A stretch of DNA of 64,000 nt, taken from an uncultured Thiomicrospira sp. (GTDB lineage Bacteria; Pseudomonadota; Gammaproteobacteria; CAKMZV01). Shown piece by piece: positions 50,816 to 61,324 of this stretch (positions within the stretch are counted from its first letter, which is position 1; every line of letters starts with the position of its first letter). The stretch lies in the NCBI GenBank assembly GCA_965195345.1, contig OZ239628.1, positions 1,792,001 through 1,856,000 of the forward strand, read 5' to 3'. The notes beneath the pieces were generated by a model that ran no database searches, was not told where the DNA came from, and saw only the letters and a program-made list of their open reading frames with translations. A program made the position numbers and the translations under genes.

Positions 50816-52441
50816 ATGAATCACGAGACCAAAGAACAACATAACCCATTTAGTACTCCATTAGCTAGAGCGTTAGAAAAAGACGTTTCGCGCTTAAATG
50901 GAAAAACGCTGATTGATCTTGAAGATGATGCGCTTTCATTGCGTCTAGAAGTAGGTGATATCTATGCTGATTACAGCAATCACATAATTGACGATGCAAC
51001 TTTTAATCGACTGATAGGTTTGTGCAATCAGCAGGGTTTACGCTCTGCTATCGATAATTTATTTGCAGGTGACAACGTTAATTTCACTGAAGAACGAGCT
51101 GCTTTGCATGGTGCTTTGCGAGGAAGTGCAACGCATGCTGCACTCGAATCTGAAGTGCAAAATACATTAAAACGGTGTTATCGTTTGAGTAGCGACATCC
51201 GCAATAATATTTGGCGAGGCGCTGGAGGAGACGCTATTACCGACATAGTGCACATTGGCATTGGTGGTTCAGAATTGGGTCCAAAGTTCATTATTGAAGC
51301 GCTACAAGATTTTGCTGGAAGAACAAGTGAAGAATCAAAAAATACCCCTTTGCGGATACATTTTGTATCAAACGTTGATGGTTACGAATTGAATAATGTA
51401 CTGCAAAAAATTAATCCTCAATCCAGTCTTTTTATTATTGCGTCCAAATCTTTCAACACACAAGAAACACTGTTGAATGCTAAAGCTGCCAAAGCGTGGT
51501 TGTTATCTGCTTACGAGAATAATAATGCGGTCATTGCCAATCATTTCATTGCCATCAGTGCCAATATTGAAAAAGCCCACCTTTTTGGCATCCCTGAGGA
51601 TAATGTTTTCCCGATGTGGGATTGGGTTGGAGGGCGCTATTCAATATGGTCTGCTGTTGGACTTCCAGCAATCATTGCACTTGGTAAGAATCATTTCGAT
51701 AGCTTTTTACAAGGCGGGAAGCTCATGGACACGCATTTCCAATGCGCTGATTTTTCTAAAAACCTGCCGATTATTTTAGCGGTACTGGGTATTTGGTACA
51801 TCAATTTCAAAGGTTCTCAAACGCACGCATTTATTCCTTATAACCAGCCTCTGAACAAGCTCAGTTTCTATCTACAGCAATTAGAAATGGAATCCAACGG
51901 AAAATCAGTAAATAAATGGAACGAACCGATTGAGTATTCAACTGTTCCTGTTATTTGGGGCGGTACTGGCATTAACGGACAGCATGCTTATTACCAAATG
52001 TTATATCAAGGAACGAATTTAGTGCCTATTGACTTTATATTGGCGGGGCAAACCTCCTATACAGAAACATTACAACACAGTACTTTGATAGCAAATTACT
52101 TGGCGCATTCAGATGTATTGGCGCATGGATTCGATAAAGAAAATAACAATCCTCATAAGCGGGTTCTGGGCAATAGACCCTTTACAACCATTTTGCTTAA
52201 AAAACTAAATCCCGCCGCATTAGGTCAACTGATTGCCTTGTATGAACATAAGGTTTTTGTACAGAGCATTATATGGAACATCAATGCTTTTGACCAGTGG
52301 GGCGTTGAAGGTGGTAAGAAAGGCGCAAAGCATTGGGAAGAGTTCTTTTCAGAAAACAACTCTGAAAAACCAGCTATCAGTGAAAGCGCAAACTTATTGC
52401 TTGCACAAATCAGAAAGAATTCTGACCTGGGATCCAACTAG
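50816..52441 (+). CDS. pgi: Glucose-6-phosphate isomerase
   Basis: GIGGS, ASKSF.TQET, WVGGRYS, MESNGK, GQHA, FDQWGVE. Confidence 0.95.
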   Translation: MNHETKEQHNPFSTPLARALEKDVSRLNGKTLIDLEDDALSLRLEVGDIYADYSNHIIDDATFNRLIGLCNQQGLRSAIDNLFAGDNVNFTEERAALHGALRGSATHAALESEVQNTLKRCYRLSSDIRNNIWRGAGGDAITDIVHIGIGGSELGPKFIIEALQDFAGRTSEESKNTPLRIHFVSNVDGYELNNVLQKINPQSSLFIIASKSFNTQETLLNAKAAKAWLLSAYENNNAVIANHFIAISANIEKAHLFGIPEDNVFPMWDWVGGRYSIWSAVGLPAIIALGKNHFDSFLQGGKLMDTHFQCADFSKNLPIILAVLGIWYINFKGSQTHAFIPYNQPLNKLSFYLQQLEMESNGKSVNKWNEPIEYSTVPVIWGGTGINGQHAYYQMLYQGTNLVPIDFILAGQTSYTETLQHSTLIANYLAHSDVLAHGFDKENNNPHKRVLGNRPFTTILLKKLNPAALGQLIALYEHKVFVQSIIWNINAFDQWGVEGGKKGAKHWEEFFSENNSEKPAISESANLLLAQIRKNSDLGSN

Positions 52442-53732
52442 TACCAGCGAGTGGAATTTTTGCCATTGCTGCCGCCTCAACAGTAAGCGCTGCCATATCT
52501 TCAGGTTCTAAATTGTGAACATCACTTTTCCCACAGGCACGGGCCAATGTTTGCACTTCTAAAGATAAACTGCTCAAATAGTTCGCAATACGCCTGCCAC
52601 CCATAACGGGATCCAATGATTTTGCTAATTTCGGATCTTGCGTAGTAATTCCCGCAGGATCATTGCCCGCTTGATATTCATAATAATAACCAGCACTGGA
52701 ACCCAATTTATTATATTCAGCTTCCAAAGCTGGATTGTTATCACCCAAAGCAATCAATGCCGCTGTGCCAATCGAAACAGCATCCGCTCCCATGGCAAGT
52801 GCCTTGGCAACATCTGCGCCAGATCGAATGCCACCAGAAACAATAAGTTGTACTTTTCGATGCATTCCTAATTCTTGCAACGCTTCAACCGCTTGACGTA
52901 CAGCTGGCAATGTCGGAATGCCAACGTGCTCAATGAATACATCCTGCGTTGCAGCTGTACCACCCTGCATACCATCAACCACCACCACATCAGCACCTGC
53001 TTTCACTGCAAGCGCGGTATCGTAATATGTACGAGCAGCACCAACTTTAATATAGATGGGTTTTTCCCAATTAGTGATTTCGCGCAATTCGGTAATTTTA
53101 ATTTCTAAGTCGTCCGGTCCTGTCCAATCAGGATGCCTACAAGCACTCCGTTGATCAATATTTTCAGGTAACTGACGCATAGATGCCACACGTTCATTTA
53201 TTTTTTGCCCAAGCAACATACCTCCACCACCGGGTTTGGCACCTTGTCCAACGACCACTTCAATGGCATCTGCCTTGCGTAAGTCATCGGGATTCATCCC
53301 GTAACGTGAAGGTAGGTACTGATAAACCAACAATGACGAATGCTCTCTCTCTTCAGGAGTCATACCTCCATCGCCTGTTGTGGTTGAAGTGCCCGCCTCG
53401 CTTGCCCCTCTACCCAAAGATTCTTTTGCTTGAGCAGAAAGTGAACCAAAGCTCATTCCAGCTATGGTTATGGGAATTTTCAATTCCAGTGGTTTTTTTG
53501 CATAACGCGTGCCTAATGTAACACTGGTGTCACAACTCTCACGATATCCCTCCAACGGATAACGAGACATGCTTGCACCTAAAAAAATCAAATCGTCAAA
53601 ATTTGGCAACGTGCGTTTTGCACCACCTCCACGAATTGAATATATCCCTTCATTTGCAGCTCGTTGGATTTCTCGGATAACGTCTTTACTGAATGTATGC
53701 GATTCGCGCAACCATGATAGATCTTGTGTCAC
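52410..53732 (-). CDS. mgsC: FMN-binding glutamate synthase family protein (N-methylglutamate synthase subunit C)
   Basis: SRYPLEGYRE, GMSFG, GQGAKPGGGG, RHPDWTGPDDL, GGTAATQ; third gene of the split-GOGAT triad; GTG start. Confidence 0.88.
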   Translation of the reverse strand: MTQDLSWLRESHTFSKDVIREIQRAANEGIYSIRGGGAKRTLPNFDDLIFLGASMSRYPLEGYRESCDTSVTLGTRYAKKPLELKIPITIAGMSFGSLSAQAKESLGRGASEAGTSTTTGDGGMTPEEREHSSLLVYQYLPSRYGMNPDDLRKADAIEVVVGQGAKPGGGGMLLGQKINERVASMRQLPENIDQRSACRHPDWTGPDDLEIKITELREITNWEKPIYIKVGAARTYYDTALAVKAGADVVVVDGMQGGTAATQDVFIEHVGIPTLPAVRQAVEALQELGMHRKVQLIVSGGIRSGADVAKALAMGADAVSIGTAALIALGDNNPALEAEYNKLGSSAGYYYEYQAGNDPAGITTQDPKLAKSLDPVMGGRRIANYLSSLSLEVQTLARACGKSDVHNLEPEDMAALTVEAAAMAKIPLAGTSWIPGQNSF

Positions 53733-53744
53733 TGTAACTTCCTC

Positions 53745-54416
53745 TTAATACGCATTATCTGTTTTAAAATGATAAAGCTTTCTGGCGGAACCATAACGCT
53801 TAAAATCACTCGGTTTTTTGTCATCAATACCTGCTGAATTTAGCAAGGATTGTAGCTGTTTAATATGTTCTTCTCGCATTTCCTTTTCTATGCAATCGGC
53901 TCCCAAAGATTTTGGTGTACCTGCCAAATAAATACGTGTTTCATAAATGGAATCACCTAATGCGTTTCCTGCATCACCGCAAATAACCAAACATCCTTTT
54001 TGAGCCATGAACGCGGACATATGCCCTACTGACCCGCGCACTACAATGTCCACGCCTTTCATGGAAATGCCACAACGCGATGAGGCATCACCATCAATCA
54101 CTACTAATCCTCCATGGGCGGTTGCGCCACAATATTGTGAAGCATTGCCTGTCACATGCACTTTTCCCGACATCATATTCTCTGCAAGTCCGGGTCCTGC
54201 ATTACCATTAATGCGAATATTGCTATGTTGATTCATACCCGCGCAATAATAACCAACGTGACCGTGTATTGTAAGTTCAATCTTAGACGTTAATCCCACC
54301 GCTATGTTATGCTTTCCTTTGGAATTTTCAATAGATGCTGTTGTTGCCGATGACGCTTTTTGCAATGCCGCGTTAACTTCTCGCAATGTTTGTGTATTAA
54401 GATCAAACGTAGTCAT
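53745..54416 (-). CDS. mgsB: GXGXG-domain protein (N-methylglutamate synthase subunit B)
   Basis: GYYCAGMN, AENMMSG, RCGISMKG, GSARKLY; start ATG 54416. Confidence 0.87.
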   Translation of the reverse strand: MTTFDLNTQTLREVNAALQKASSATTASIENSKGKHNIAVGLTSKIELTIHGHVGYYCAGMNQHSNIRINGNAGPGLAENMMSGKVHVTGNASQYCGATAHGGLVVIDGDASSRCGISMKGVDIVVRGSVGHMSAFMAQKGCLVICGDAGNALGDSIYETRIYLAGTPKSLGADCIEKEMREEHIKQLQSLLNSAGIDDKKPSDFKRYGSARKLYHFKTDNAY

Positions 54417-55333
54417 TTCGAATTCTCCATACTCCATGAATAAATGAGTCCAGGTTCTGGCTCCCAAATGGTAGCGTTTTCATAGCCTGGTAACGTTGAA
54501 ATAGCCCTAAATTCTGACGACATCGCCACCCAATCATCATTTTCTGCCAGTATCGCTGGTTTACAGCCAATTGGATCGCGCATAACAGCAAAGCCATCAC
54601 GTGTACCAATAGCAAAGGTATAGAAACCATCCAAATCATCTTGAGCGCGCATCATTGCCTCATTCAAACTATCCCCTTTTTGCAACCGCCAGTTAAAGTA
54701 CGCTGAGGCTACTTCGCTATCGTTATCTGTGACAATGGGAATATCGTATTCAAGCAACTTACGTCGCCAAATATTGTGATTTGACAAAGAGCCGTTATGT
54801 ACCAAACAAATGTCATTACCCGTAGAGAATGGATGAGAATGCGCGGTGGTTACCGCACTTTCTGTCGCCATACGCGTGTGTCCTAATGCGTGTGTGCCGG
54901 TGTTTTGGCGCAATTGAAAGCGTTCAATCACATCGACAGGCAATCCTTTTTCTTTATAAATTTCAATCAAATTTCCACTGCTATTGATAATGCATTGAGG
55001 GTAGTTATTTTGAAACCAATCTTCAACGATGTCTCTATTGGCTTGCAATGATATCAATGCGTGTGAGTCTTTTATTTTGAATGAAACATTTGCACCAAAT
55101 GTCGATAAAAATTCTCGTTCAACATGTGTCCAATCAATAGCCTGATCGCCTCCACTGGCGCTATCAAGCACTGTGCACTTTATATAATCGGATGAAACTG
55201 GATCATGATACACAGCAAAACCAGCGCTATCGGGTCCTCTTTCAGTCATCTCTAACAGCATATCAGCAAGATAATGCCCAAGCTTTCCATGCAAAGCCTC
55301 ATTTTTTAAAAATAAACCAACAATGCCACACAT
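54413..55333 (-). CDS. mgsA: Class II glutamine amidotransferase (N-methylglutamate synthase subunit A)
   Basis: N-terminal MCGIVG (Ntn Cys), RGPDSAG, GHTRMATES, HNG, RDPIGCKP; GGAG RBS before ATG 55333. Confidence 0.87.
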   Translation of the reverse strand: MCGIVGLFLKNEALHGKLGHYLADMLLEMTERGPDSAGFAVYHDPVSSDYIKCTVLDSASGGDQAIDWTHVEREFLSTFGANVSFKIKDSHALISLQANRDIVEDWFQNNYPQCIINSSGNLIEIYKEKGLPVDVIERFQLRQNTGTHALGHTRMATESAVTTAHSHPFSTGNDICLVHNGSLSNHNIWRRKLLEYDIPIVTDNDSEVASAYFNWRLQKGDSLNEAMMRAQDDLDGFYTFAIGTRDGFAVMRDPIGCKPAILAENDDWVAMSSEFRAISTLPGYENATIWEPEPGLIYSWSMENSK

Positions 55334-55379
55334 TGCACTCTCCCTAATTAAAATTGCTAGTGAAGTTAATTGAGGGCAC

Positions 55380-55410
55380 ATTGTCAATGCCAATGTGTAT
55401 CCGTGTCAAT
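55380..55410 (-). promoter_or_regulatory. Candidate sigma70 promoter / ATTGACA direct repeat upstream of mgsA
   Basis: Minus strand TTGACA-N18-GACAAT; ATTGACA occurs twice, 22 bp apart. Confidence 0.4.
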
Positions 55411-55609
55411 ACGTATAGAGAAATAAAATATAGGCTATGTTTGCGTACTTTTAAATCTATCGATACCCAGATCGTTTCATGCTTCTTTATATATGGGCGT
55501 GCGCTGGTGTAAAAAAGTAACTTTCTTAACGATTAGGAGTAAAATTCACAACTCTAAATCGTAGTTTTAAATCAATGTGCCCATTGTGCATTCTGATACT
55601 GGAGGTATC

Positions 55610-57100
55610 GTGGAAAAAGTTAAATTATTATTGGAAGGTCAGTTTGTAGAAAGCAGTTCTAATGAATGGTTCCCTGTTTTAAATCCAGCAAACCAAGAAA
55701 TAATTGCCAAGTATCCTAATGCTACCAGCAATGAAGTTAATCGTGCAATTGCTTCTGCAAAGAAAGCATTTATAAAATGGCGTGAAAAACCAGCACCAAC
55801 GCGCGCACGCACGATGCTTGCATACCAACATTTACTCAAGCAAGAGCAAAAAAATATAGCCAAAATTCTATCTCGTGAAACGGGAAAAACACACGAAGAC
55901 GCTATGGGTGAAATCTGGCGTGGTATAGAAGTTGTTGAACACGCTGCGAACGTTTGCTCTCTCATGATGGGCGAGACGGTTGAAAATGTCGCGAATAGGG
56001 TCAATTCTTACAGTTACGTTCAACCACTTGGTGTCTGCGCGGGCATCACCCCTTTTAATTTCCCTGCAATGATTCCTTTATGGATGTTTCCAATGGCTAT
56101 TGTTACGGGGAATACCTTTATTCTCAAACCTTCAGAACAAGACCCTCTAACTCCGATGTTCTTGGCAGAGTTGCTTCTTGAAGCTGGTGTGGATGCTGAC
56201 GTAATGCAAATAGTCCATGGTGGAAAAGACCAAGTCAATCAAATCCTTGAACATCCTGATGTTAATGCTATTTCCTTCGTTGGTTCTACAGCGGTTGGCA
56301 AACACATCTATACGAGCGGTTGTGCGAATGGCAAACGTGTACAAGCGCTTTGTGGTGCAAAAAATCACTTAGTCGCCATGCCCGATGCGGATAAAAATCA
56401 AGTCATCAATAATTTAGTTGGCGCTTCAGTAGGCGCAGCGGGTCAGCGTTGTATGGCAATAAGTGTTGCCGTTTTTGTCGGTGACAGCAAAGAATGGATA
56501 CCTGATTTAGCCAAAGCCATGGCAAAGATAAAGCCAGGATTGAGCGATGACCCTGAAGCAGGATACGGTCCTCTTATAAACAAAACAGCTAAGGAACGTG
56601 TTCTCAATTTGATCGCTTCAGGCAAAGAACAAGGCGCTGAATGTATGCTCGATGGTTCCAATTTTATCCTTGACAAATCACCTGAAGGCAATTGGGTTGG
56701 ACCCACTCTATTTAACAATGTTTCAACCGATATGCGCATTTATCAAGAAGAAATTTTCGGTCCCGTTCTATGTTGTATGCAAGTGGACACCTTAGAAGAA
56801 GCTATTGCACTAATCAATAGTAATAGCAATGGTAACGGGACATCAATCTTTACAGCCAGTGGAGCAGCTGCCGCAAAGTTTGAACACGAAATTCTTGTGG
56901 GCAATGTTGGCATCAACATTCCCATTCCTGTCCCATTACCTTTTTTCCATTTTTCGGGTTGGCGTGGTTCTTTTTTTGGAGACTTACATGCTTATGGCAA
57001 GCAGGCTGTACGTTTCTATACCGAAACGAAAACGGTTACTGCACGATGGTTTGATGACAAATCAAGCAGTGCTGTCAACACTACTATCACTTTGAAATAA
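55610..57100 (+). CDS. mmsA: CoA-acylating methylmalonate-semialdehyde dehydrogenase
   Basis: [30 protein letters not shown]; GTG 55610 preceded by GGAGG. Confidence 0.93.
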   Translation: MEKVKLLLEGQFVESSSNEWFPVLNPANQEIIAKYPNATSNEVNRAIASAKKAFIKWREKPAPTRARTMLAYQHLLKQEQKNIAKILSRETGKTHEDAMGEIWRGIEVVEHAANVCSLMMGETVENVANRVNSYSYVQPLGVCAGITPFNFPAMIPLWMFPMAIVTGNTFILKPSEQDPLTPMFLAELLLEAGVDADVMQIVHGGKDQVNQILEHPDVNAISFVGSTAVGKHIYTSGCANGKRVQALCGAKNHLVAMPDADKNQVINNLVGASVGAAGQRCMAISVAVFVGDSKEWIPDLAKAMAKIKPGLSDDPEAGYGPLINKTAKERVLNLIASGKEQGAECMLDGSNFILDKSPEGNWVGPTLFNNVSTDMRIYQEEIFGPVLCCMQVDTLEEAIALINSNSNGNGTSIFTASGAAAAKFEHEILVGNVGINIPIPVPLPFFHFSGWRGSFFGDLHAYGKQAVRFYTETKTVTARWFDDKSSSAVNTTITLK

Positions 57101-57176
57101 TCATGGATGATTGATTACTACCAAAGTCTTTTGAGTCCGTTGTGCAAATCACCTTGAATAATCGCAGGAAACAGTA

Positions 57177-58355
57177 ATGGATTTTTCATACACAAACGAA
57201 CAATTATTAACTCAGAAAACGGCGCGTGATTTTGCCAATACTGAACTGGCGGCCAATGCCAAGCCGTTAGATAATGATAAAAACGCGCATATATACAATG
57301 AAAATATACAAAAACTCAGCAAATTAGGGTTTATGGGCATGCTGGTTGATGAGGAATATCATGGTTCACAGGCGGGCACCGTTGCTTATACGCTTGCAAT
57401 CACTGAAATTGCGCGCCACTGTGCTGCCACGGCTGTGGGTGTATCCATTAACAATCTGATTAGTAGCCTTCTGTTTACCTTTGGCACAGAACAGCAAAAA
57501 GAAAAATACCTTAAACCATTGTGTCTTGGGGAAAAATTGAACGCTGGTTTTTGCCTTACTGAATCCAGTGCAGGTTCAAATCCCGCGCAAATGAAAACAA
57601 GTGCCCAATTGATCAAAAAAAACAATAAGCAGCAATGGCAATTAAATGGATCAAAGCAATGGATTACTAACGGAAATATTTCTGATTTCTACATTGTGTG
57701 GGCGCGATCCGATTCAGAAGCTGAAGAAGGAAAAGGGATTACTTGTTTCATCGTCGATAGAGATACCGAGGGTCTTGAGGTAGGTCCTAATGAAGATAAG
57801 ATGGGACAGCGTGGCAACCCCACTAATACGATTTTTTTCAACAACTGTTTAATACCGCAGGAAAATATTATTGGTTCGGTACATGAGGGCTATAAATACG
57901 CTATAGGGGGGTTGGTTGGTGGTCGTTTAGGGATAGCGGCACTGGCTCTTGGCGTGGCTAGCGAAGCGCTTGATTTTTCAACTCGATATATGCTTGAGCG
58001 CGAACAAGGCGGGAAAAAAATTGCTTACCATCAGGGTTTGCAATGGATGTTGTCTGATGCATGGACTGATTTAGAAGCGGGGCGTTTACTATTGCATCAG
58101 GCTGCGTGGCTGAAAGATAATGATATGCCTTATACAAAGCAAGCAAGCATGGCGAAGCTATATTGCAGTGACAAAGGCAACAAAATCTGCTACAACGCCT
58201 TGCAACTAACAGGCGGTTACGGATTCACCAAAGATTTTCCTTTAGAAAGATATTGCCGTGATATACGGGTTACGTCAATCTATGAAGGGACAAGTGAAAT
58301 TCAAAAGCTGATAATCAGTCGCTGTATACTACAAGAGTTCAATGCAAATCTGTAA
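57177..58355 (+). CDS. Acyl-CoA dehydrogenase (short/branched-chain type)
   Basis: FCLTE..AGS, GSKQWITNG, REQ, IYEGTSEIQ. Confidence 0.92.
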   Translation: MDFSYTNEQLLTQKTARDFANTELAANAKPLDNDKNAHIYNENIQKLSKLGFMGMLVDEEYHGSQAGTVAYTLAITEIARHCAATAVGVSINNLISSLLFTFGTEQQKEKYLKPLCLGEKLNAGFCLTESSAGSNPAQMKTSAQLIKKNNKQQWQLNGSKQWITNGNISDFYIVWARSDSEAEEGKGITCFIVDRDTEGLEVGPNEDKMGQRGNPTNTIFFNNCLIPQENIIGSVHEGYKYAIGGLVGGRLGIAALALGVASEALDFSTRYMLEREQGGKKIAYHQGLQWMLSDAWTDLEAGRLLLHQAAWLKDNDMPYTKQASMAKLYCSDKGNKICYNALQLTGGYGFTKDFPLERYCRDIRVTSIYEGTSEIQKLIISRCILQEFNANL

Positions 58356-58469
58356 ATCTATGAGTAATGATGACAAAGTAAACATGGATAATATTGTCAA
58401 CCACTGTGTTGTTAAAAAGCAATCACATGACAATGGCAAATACCTTAAATTCTGAAGAGCTAACATAAA

Positions 58470-59645
58470 ATGAATACCGATATATTAGCAGCCAAACGTA
58501 CTCCAAGTGGCAATTTTCAAGGAGCATTATCGACTCTACAAGCGTATCAGTTAGGATCAATTGCAATAAAAGGAGCACTTGAACAATTAGCTATTAACCT
58601 CAATGCTATCGATGAAGCTATTATGGGATGTGTCCTACAAGCAGGTCAAGGTCAAGCGCCCACTCGTCAAGCAGCATTAGGTGCGCACTTACCCAACGCT
58701 CTTCCATGCACAACCGTCAATAAAATGTGTGGTTCTGGAATGCGGGCAATGATGATGATACACGATATGATTATTGCAGGCAGTATAAAAACTGGTATTG
58801 CTGGAGGCATGGAGAGCATGAGCAATGCCCCCTATTTACTACAAAAAGCACGAAGCGGAATGCGCTTGGGTCACGGTGAAATTATAGACCACATGTTTAA
58901 AGATGGACTGGAAGACGCCTTTGAAAACTTATTGATGGGGTGTTATGCTCAACAAACGGCTGATCAATTCAACATTTCTCGCAAAGAAATGGATGATTTT
59001 GCCATTTCCTCGCTAAAAAAAGCCCAACTTGCTCAACAAAATGGATACGATAAGGATGAAATATCTACGGTTAAAATAACTTCTTCAAAGGGTGAGAATA
59101 TCATCCAACATGACGAACAGCCTAACACTGCTAAAATCGATAAGATTCCTACGTTGCGCCCCGTTTTCACAAAGGATGGTAGCGTAACCGCTGCAAACTC
59201 CAGCTCCATATCCGATGGTGCATCGGCTTTGATTTTGGCGCATCCTGAGTTCACAGCAGAACAAGGCTTAACCCCAATCGCTCAAATCATAGCGCATACT
59301 TCACACGCCCAACTGCCTGCTGAATTTACCATTGCTCCAATTGGTGCGATTGAAAAACTTTTAGATAAAGTGCATTGGACGATAAGTGATGTTGACCTGT
59401 TTGAAATAAATGAAGCCTTTGCGGTCGTTACGTTGGCAACGGTTCAATCATTGAAGATTCCTATGGAAAAAGTAAATATTTCTGGTGGAGCCTGTGCTGT
59501 GGGTCATCCGATTGGTTCCAGTGCTTCACGTATCTGTGTCACTTTAATCTATAATCTGAAACGCCTTGGATTGCAAAAGGGCATTGCTGCCGTATGCATT
59601 GGAGGCGGTGAAGCAACAGCCATTGCTATTGAGATTGTCAATTAA
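58470..59645 (+). CDS. Acetyl-CoA C-acetyltransferase (thiolase)
   Basis: NKMCGSG, NEAFA, GHPIG, CIGGG. Confidence 0.93.
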   Translation: MNTDILAAKRTPSGNFQGALSTLQAYQLGSIAIKGALEQLAINLNAIDEAIMGCVLQAGQGQAPTRQAALGAHLPNALPCTTVNKMCGSGMRAMMMIHDMIIAGSIKTGIAGGMESMSNAPYLLQKARSGMRLGHGEIIDHMFKDGLEDAFENLLMGCYAQQTADQFNISRKEMDDFAISSLKKAQLAQQNGYDKDEISTVKITSSKGENIIQHDEQPNTAKIDKIPTLRPVFTKDGSVTAANSSSISDGASALILAHPEFTAEQGLTPIAQIIAHTSHAQLPAEFTIAPIGAIEKLLDKVHWTISDVDLFEINEAFAVVTLATVQSLKIPMEKVNISGGACAVGHPIGSSASRICVTLIYNLKRLGLQKGIAAVCIGGGEATAIAIEIVN

Positions 59646-59702
59646 CTGCTTTGTGATGGAAAATGACTATATCAATGGTGCGTACCTAGAATAGTAGGCG
59701 GA

Positions 59703-59731
59703 TTGCGTTTATAGACGCACCCTCCTATAAT
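59703..59731 (+). promoter_or_regulatory. Candidate sigma70 promoter of the SPFH-NfeD operon
   Basis: TTGCGT-N17-TATAAT about 60 nt upstream of ATG 59793. Confidence 0.55.
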
Positions 59732-59792
59732 AAACAAACCGAACAAAACCATTTAAACAAACGCACTTCACATATCTAACAACATTACCTTT

Positions 59793-60761
59793 ATGAACCT
59801 CTCTATCATGGAAAATTTCAGTTTTAGCACTTTTGTCTTTATTTTATTTATTGTCATTTTAATTCTTCTTCTTAGGGGTATTAAAATCGTCCCTCAAGCT
59901 GAAAAATGGGTCATTGAAAGGTTAGGAAGTTACAACCGCACGTTAGAAGGTGGATTAAATTATGTCGTTCCTATCCTTGATTCCATTCGAGCGCGCTTTA
60001 TGACGCAAGAACAAGTTATTGACATACCTACTCAGCAAGTAATCACGAGAGATAATGTGTCGATCACCATTGATGGTTTGGTATTTATCCGCGTCACAGA
60101 TGCACAAAAAACCGTGTATGGAATTCTTGATATGCGTCATGCTGTTGCTCAGTTGGCTCAAACAACGTTACGATCGGAAATTGGAAAAATGGATTTGGAT
60201 GATTCGCTATCGTCACGCGATTTACTTAATTCTGCACTGTTGAGTGCGTTGGATCTCGCGGCTGGGGGATGGGGTGTCAAAGTTACTCGGGTTGAGATTT
60301 CAGATATTGATGTCTCGTCAGAAGTTAAAAAGGCAATGGAATTACAATTGCGCGCCGAACGCGAAAGAAGAGCAACTGAAAGCCGTGCAGAAGGTGATAA
60401 AAATGCAGCCATCGCCCAAGCAGAAGGCGATCGTCAACGAGTTTATAAAGAAGCCGAAGCAATAGAACGAACAGCAGATGCAAAAAAATACGAACAAATA
60501 CAATTAGCAACTGGTCAAAAAGAAGCAATGGAAATGATCAGCTCCGTAATGCAGAACAACCCTCAAGCAGCTGAATTTTTACTCGCAAAGGATCGCATAA
60601 AAGCGTTTAATGATTTAGCAAATAACACCAACCAAGATAAAGTGATTGTCCCTTATGAAGCCAATGCTTTAGTTGGTGCTCTCAGCATTGTTACCGACTC
60701 AATCAAACAAATGACGCCGAAGAAAAAACCTACAATACCTACAGAGAATAACGATGAGTGA
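59793..60761 (+). CDS. SPFH/band 7 (stomatin-like, QmcA-type) protein
   Basis: N-terminal TM, ITRDNV, QTTLRS.IG, WGVKVTRVEI, AERERRA coiled coil. Confidence 0.92.
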   Translation: MNLSIMENFSFSTFVFILFIVILILLLRGIKIVPQAEKWVIERLGSYNRTLEGGLNYVVPILDSIRARFMTQEQVIDIPTQQVITRDNVSITIDGLVFIRVTDAQKTVYGILDMRHAVAQLAQTTLRSEIGKMDLDDSLSSRDLLNSALLSALDLAAGGWGVKVTRVEISDIDVSSEVKKAMELQLRAERERRATESRAEGDKNAAIAQAEGDRQRVYKEAEAIERTADAKKYEQIQLATGQKEAMEMISSVMQNNPQAAEFLLAKDRIKAFNDLANNTNQDKVIVPYEANALVGALSIVTDSIKQMTPKKKPTIPTENNDE

Positions 60762-61212
60762 GTTTTTCATTCCTGCCATTCCTGCTTGGTATCTTGTAGG
60801 CATTGGTTTAGTTATCATTGCTATAGAAGTGTTCTTTATTAACCTTTTTGTTATTTTTTGGTTTGGTCTTGCTACCATACTCATTGGGTTACTGGAACTT
60901 TTCATAAAGTTTGAGCGTGGAGAGTCCCAATTACTACTCATCGCACTCATTGGCAGTATCACGTTATTTCTGTATTTAAAACGGTACAAGCCTCAGCGAA
61001 AAACAAACCATAACATTGATAACTATTCAACTGGTGAGACCGGCGTAATCACCGAAACAGAAAATGGTTTAAAAGTTCAGTATAAAGGAACGCTTTGGGA
61101 TATTGCTCAACCGACCTCCTCATTCTTAAAATCTGGTGATTGCGTAACAATAACCGCACTAAAAGATAACAAGGCGACCATCCAAACATCTTCCATGAGT
61201 GATAGTAGTTAA
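60754..61212 (+). CDS. NfeD family protein
   Basis: Three TM helices followed by an OB-fold-like G..G.....V.YKGTLW segment; canonical partner of SPFH. Confidence 0.85.
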   Translation: MSEFFIPAIPAWYLVGIGLVIIAIEVFFINLFVIFWFGLATILIGLLELFIKFERGESQLLLIALIGSITLFLYLKRYKPQRKTNHNIDNYSTGETGVITETENGLKVQYKGTLWDIAQPTSSFLKSGDCVTITALKDNKATIQTSSMSDSS

Positions 61213-61324
61213 TTGAGAGTAATTGAGCAATTCTATCTAGCCTAATATTGCAATTCTTTCGTTTGCCATTGTAAGTAAATATAATTTTCATTGAACAATC
61301 AATCACCTCAAACAATATCATTGA

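Noticed and set aside
52410-55333. Fragmented (pseudogenised) glutamate synthase gltB
   Set aside because: Three intact genes with their own starts match the known split N-methylglutamate synthase arrangement
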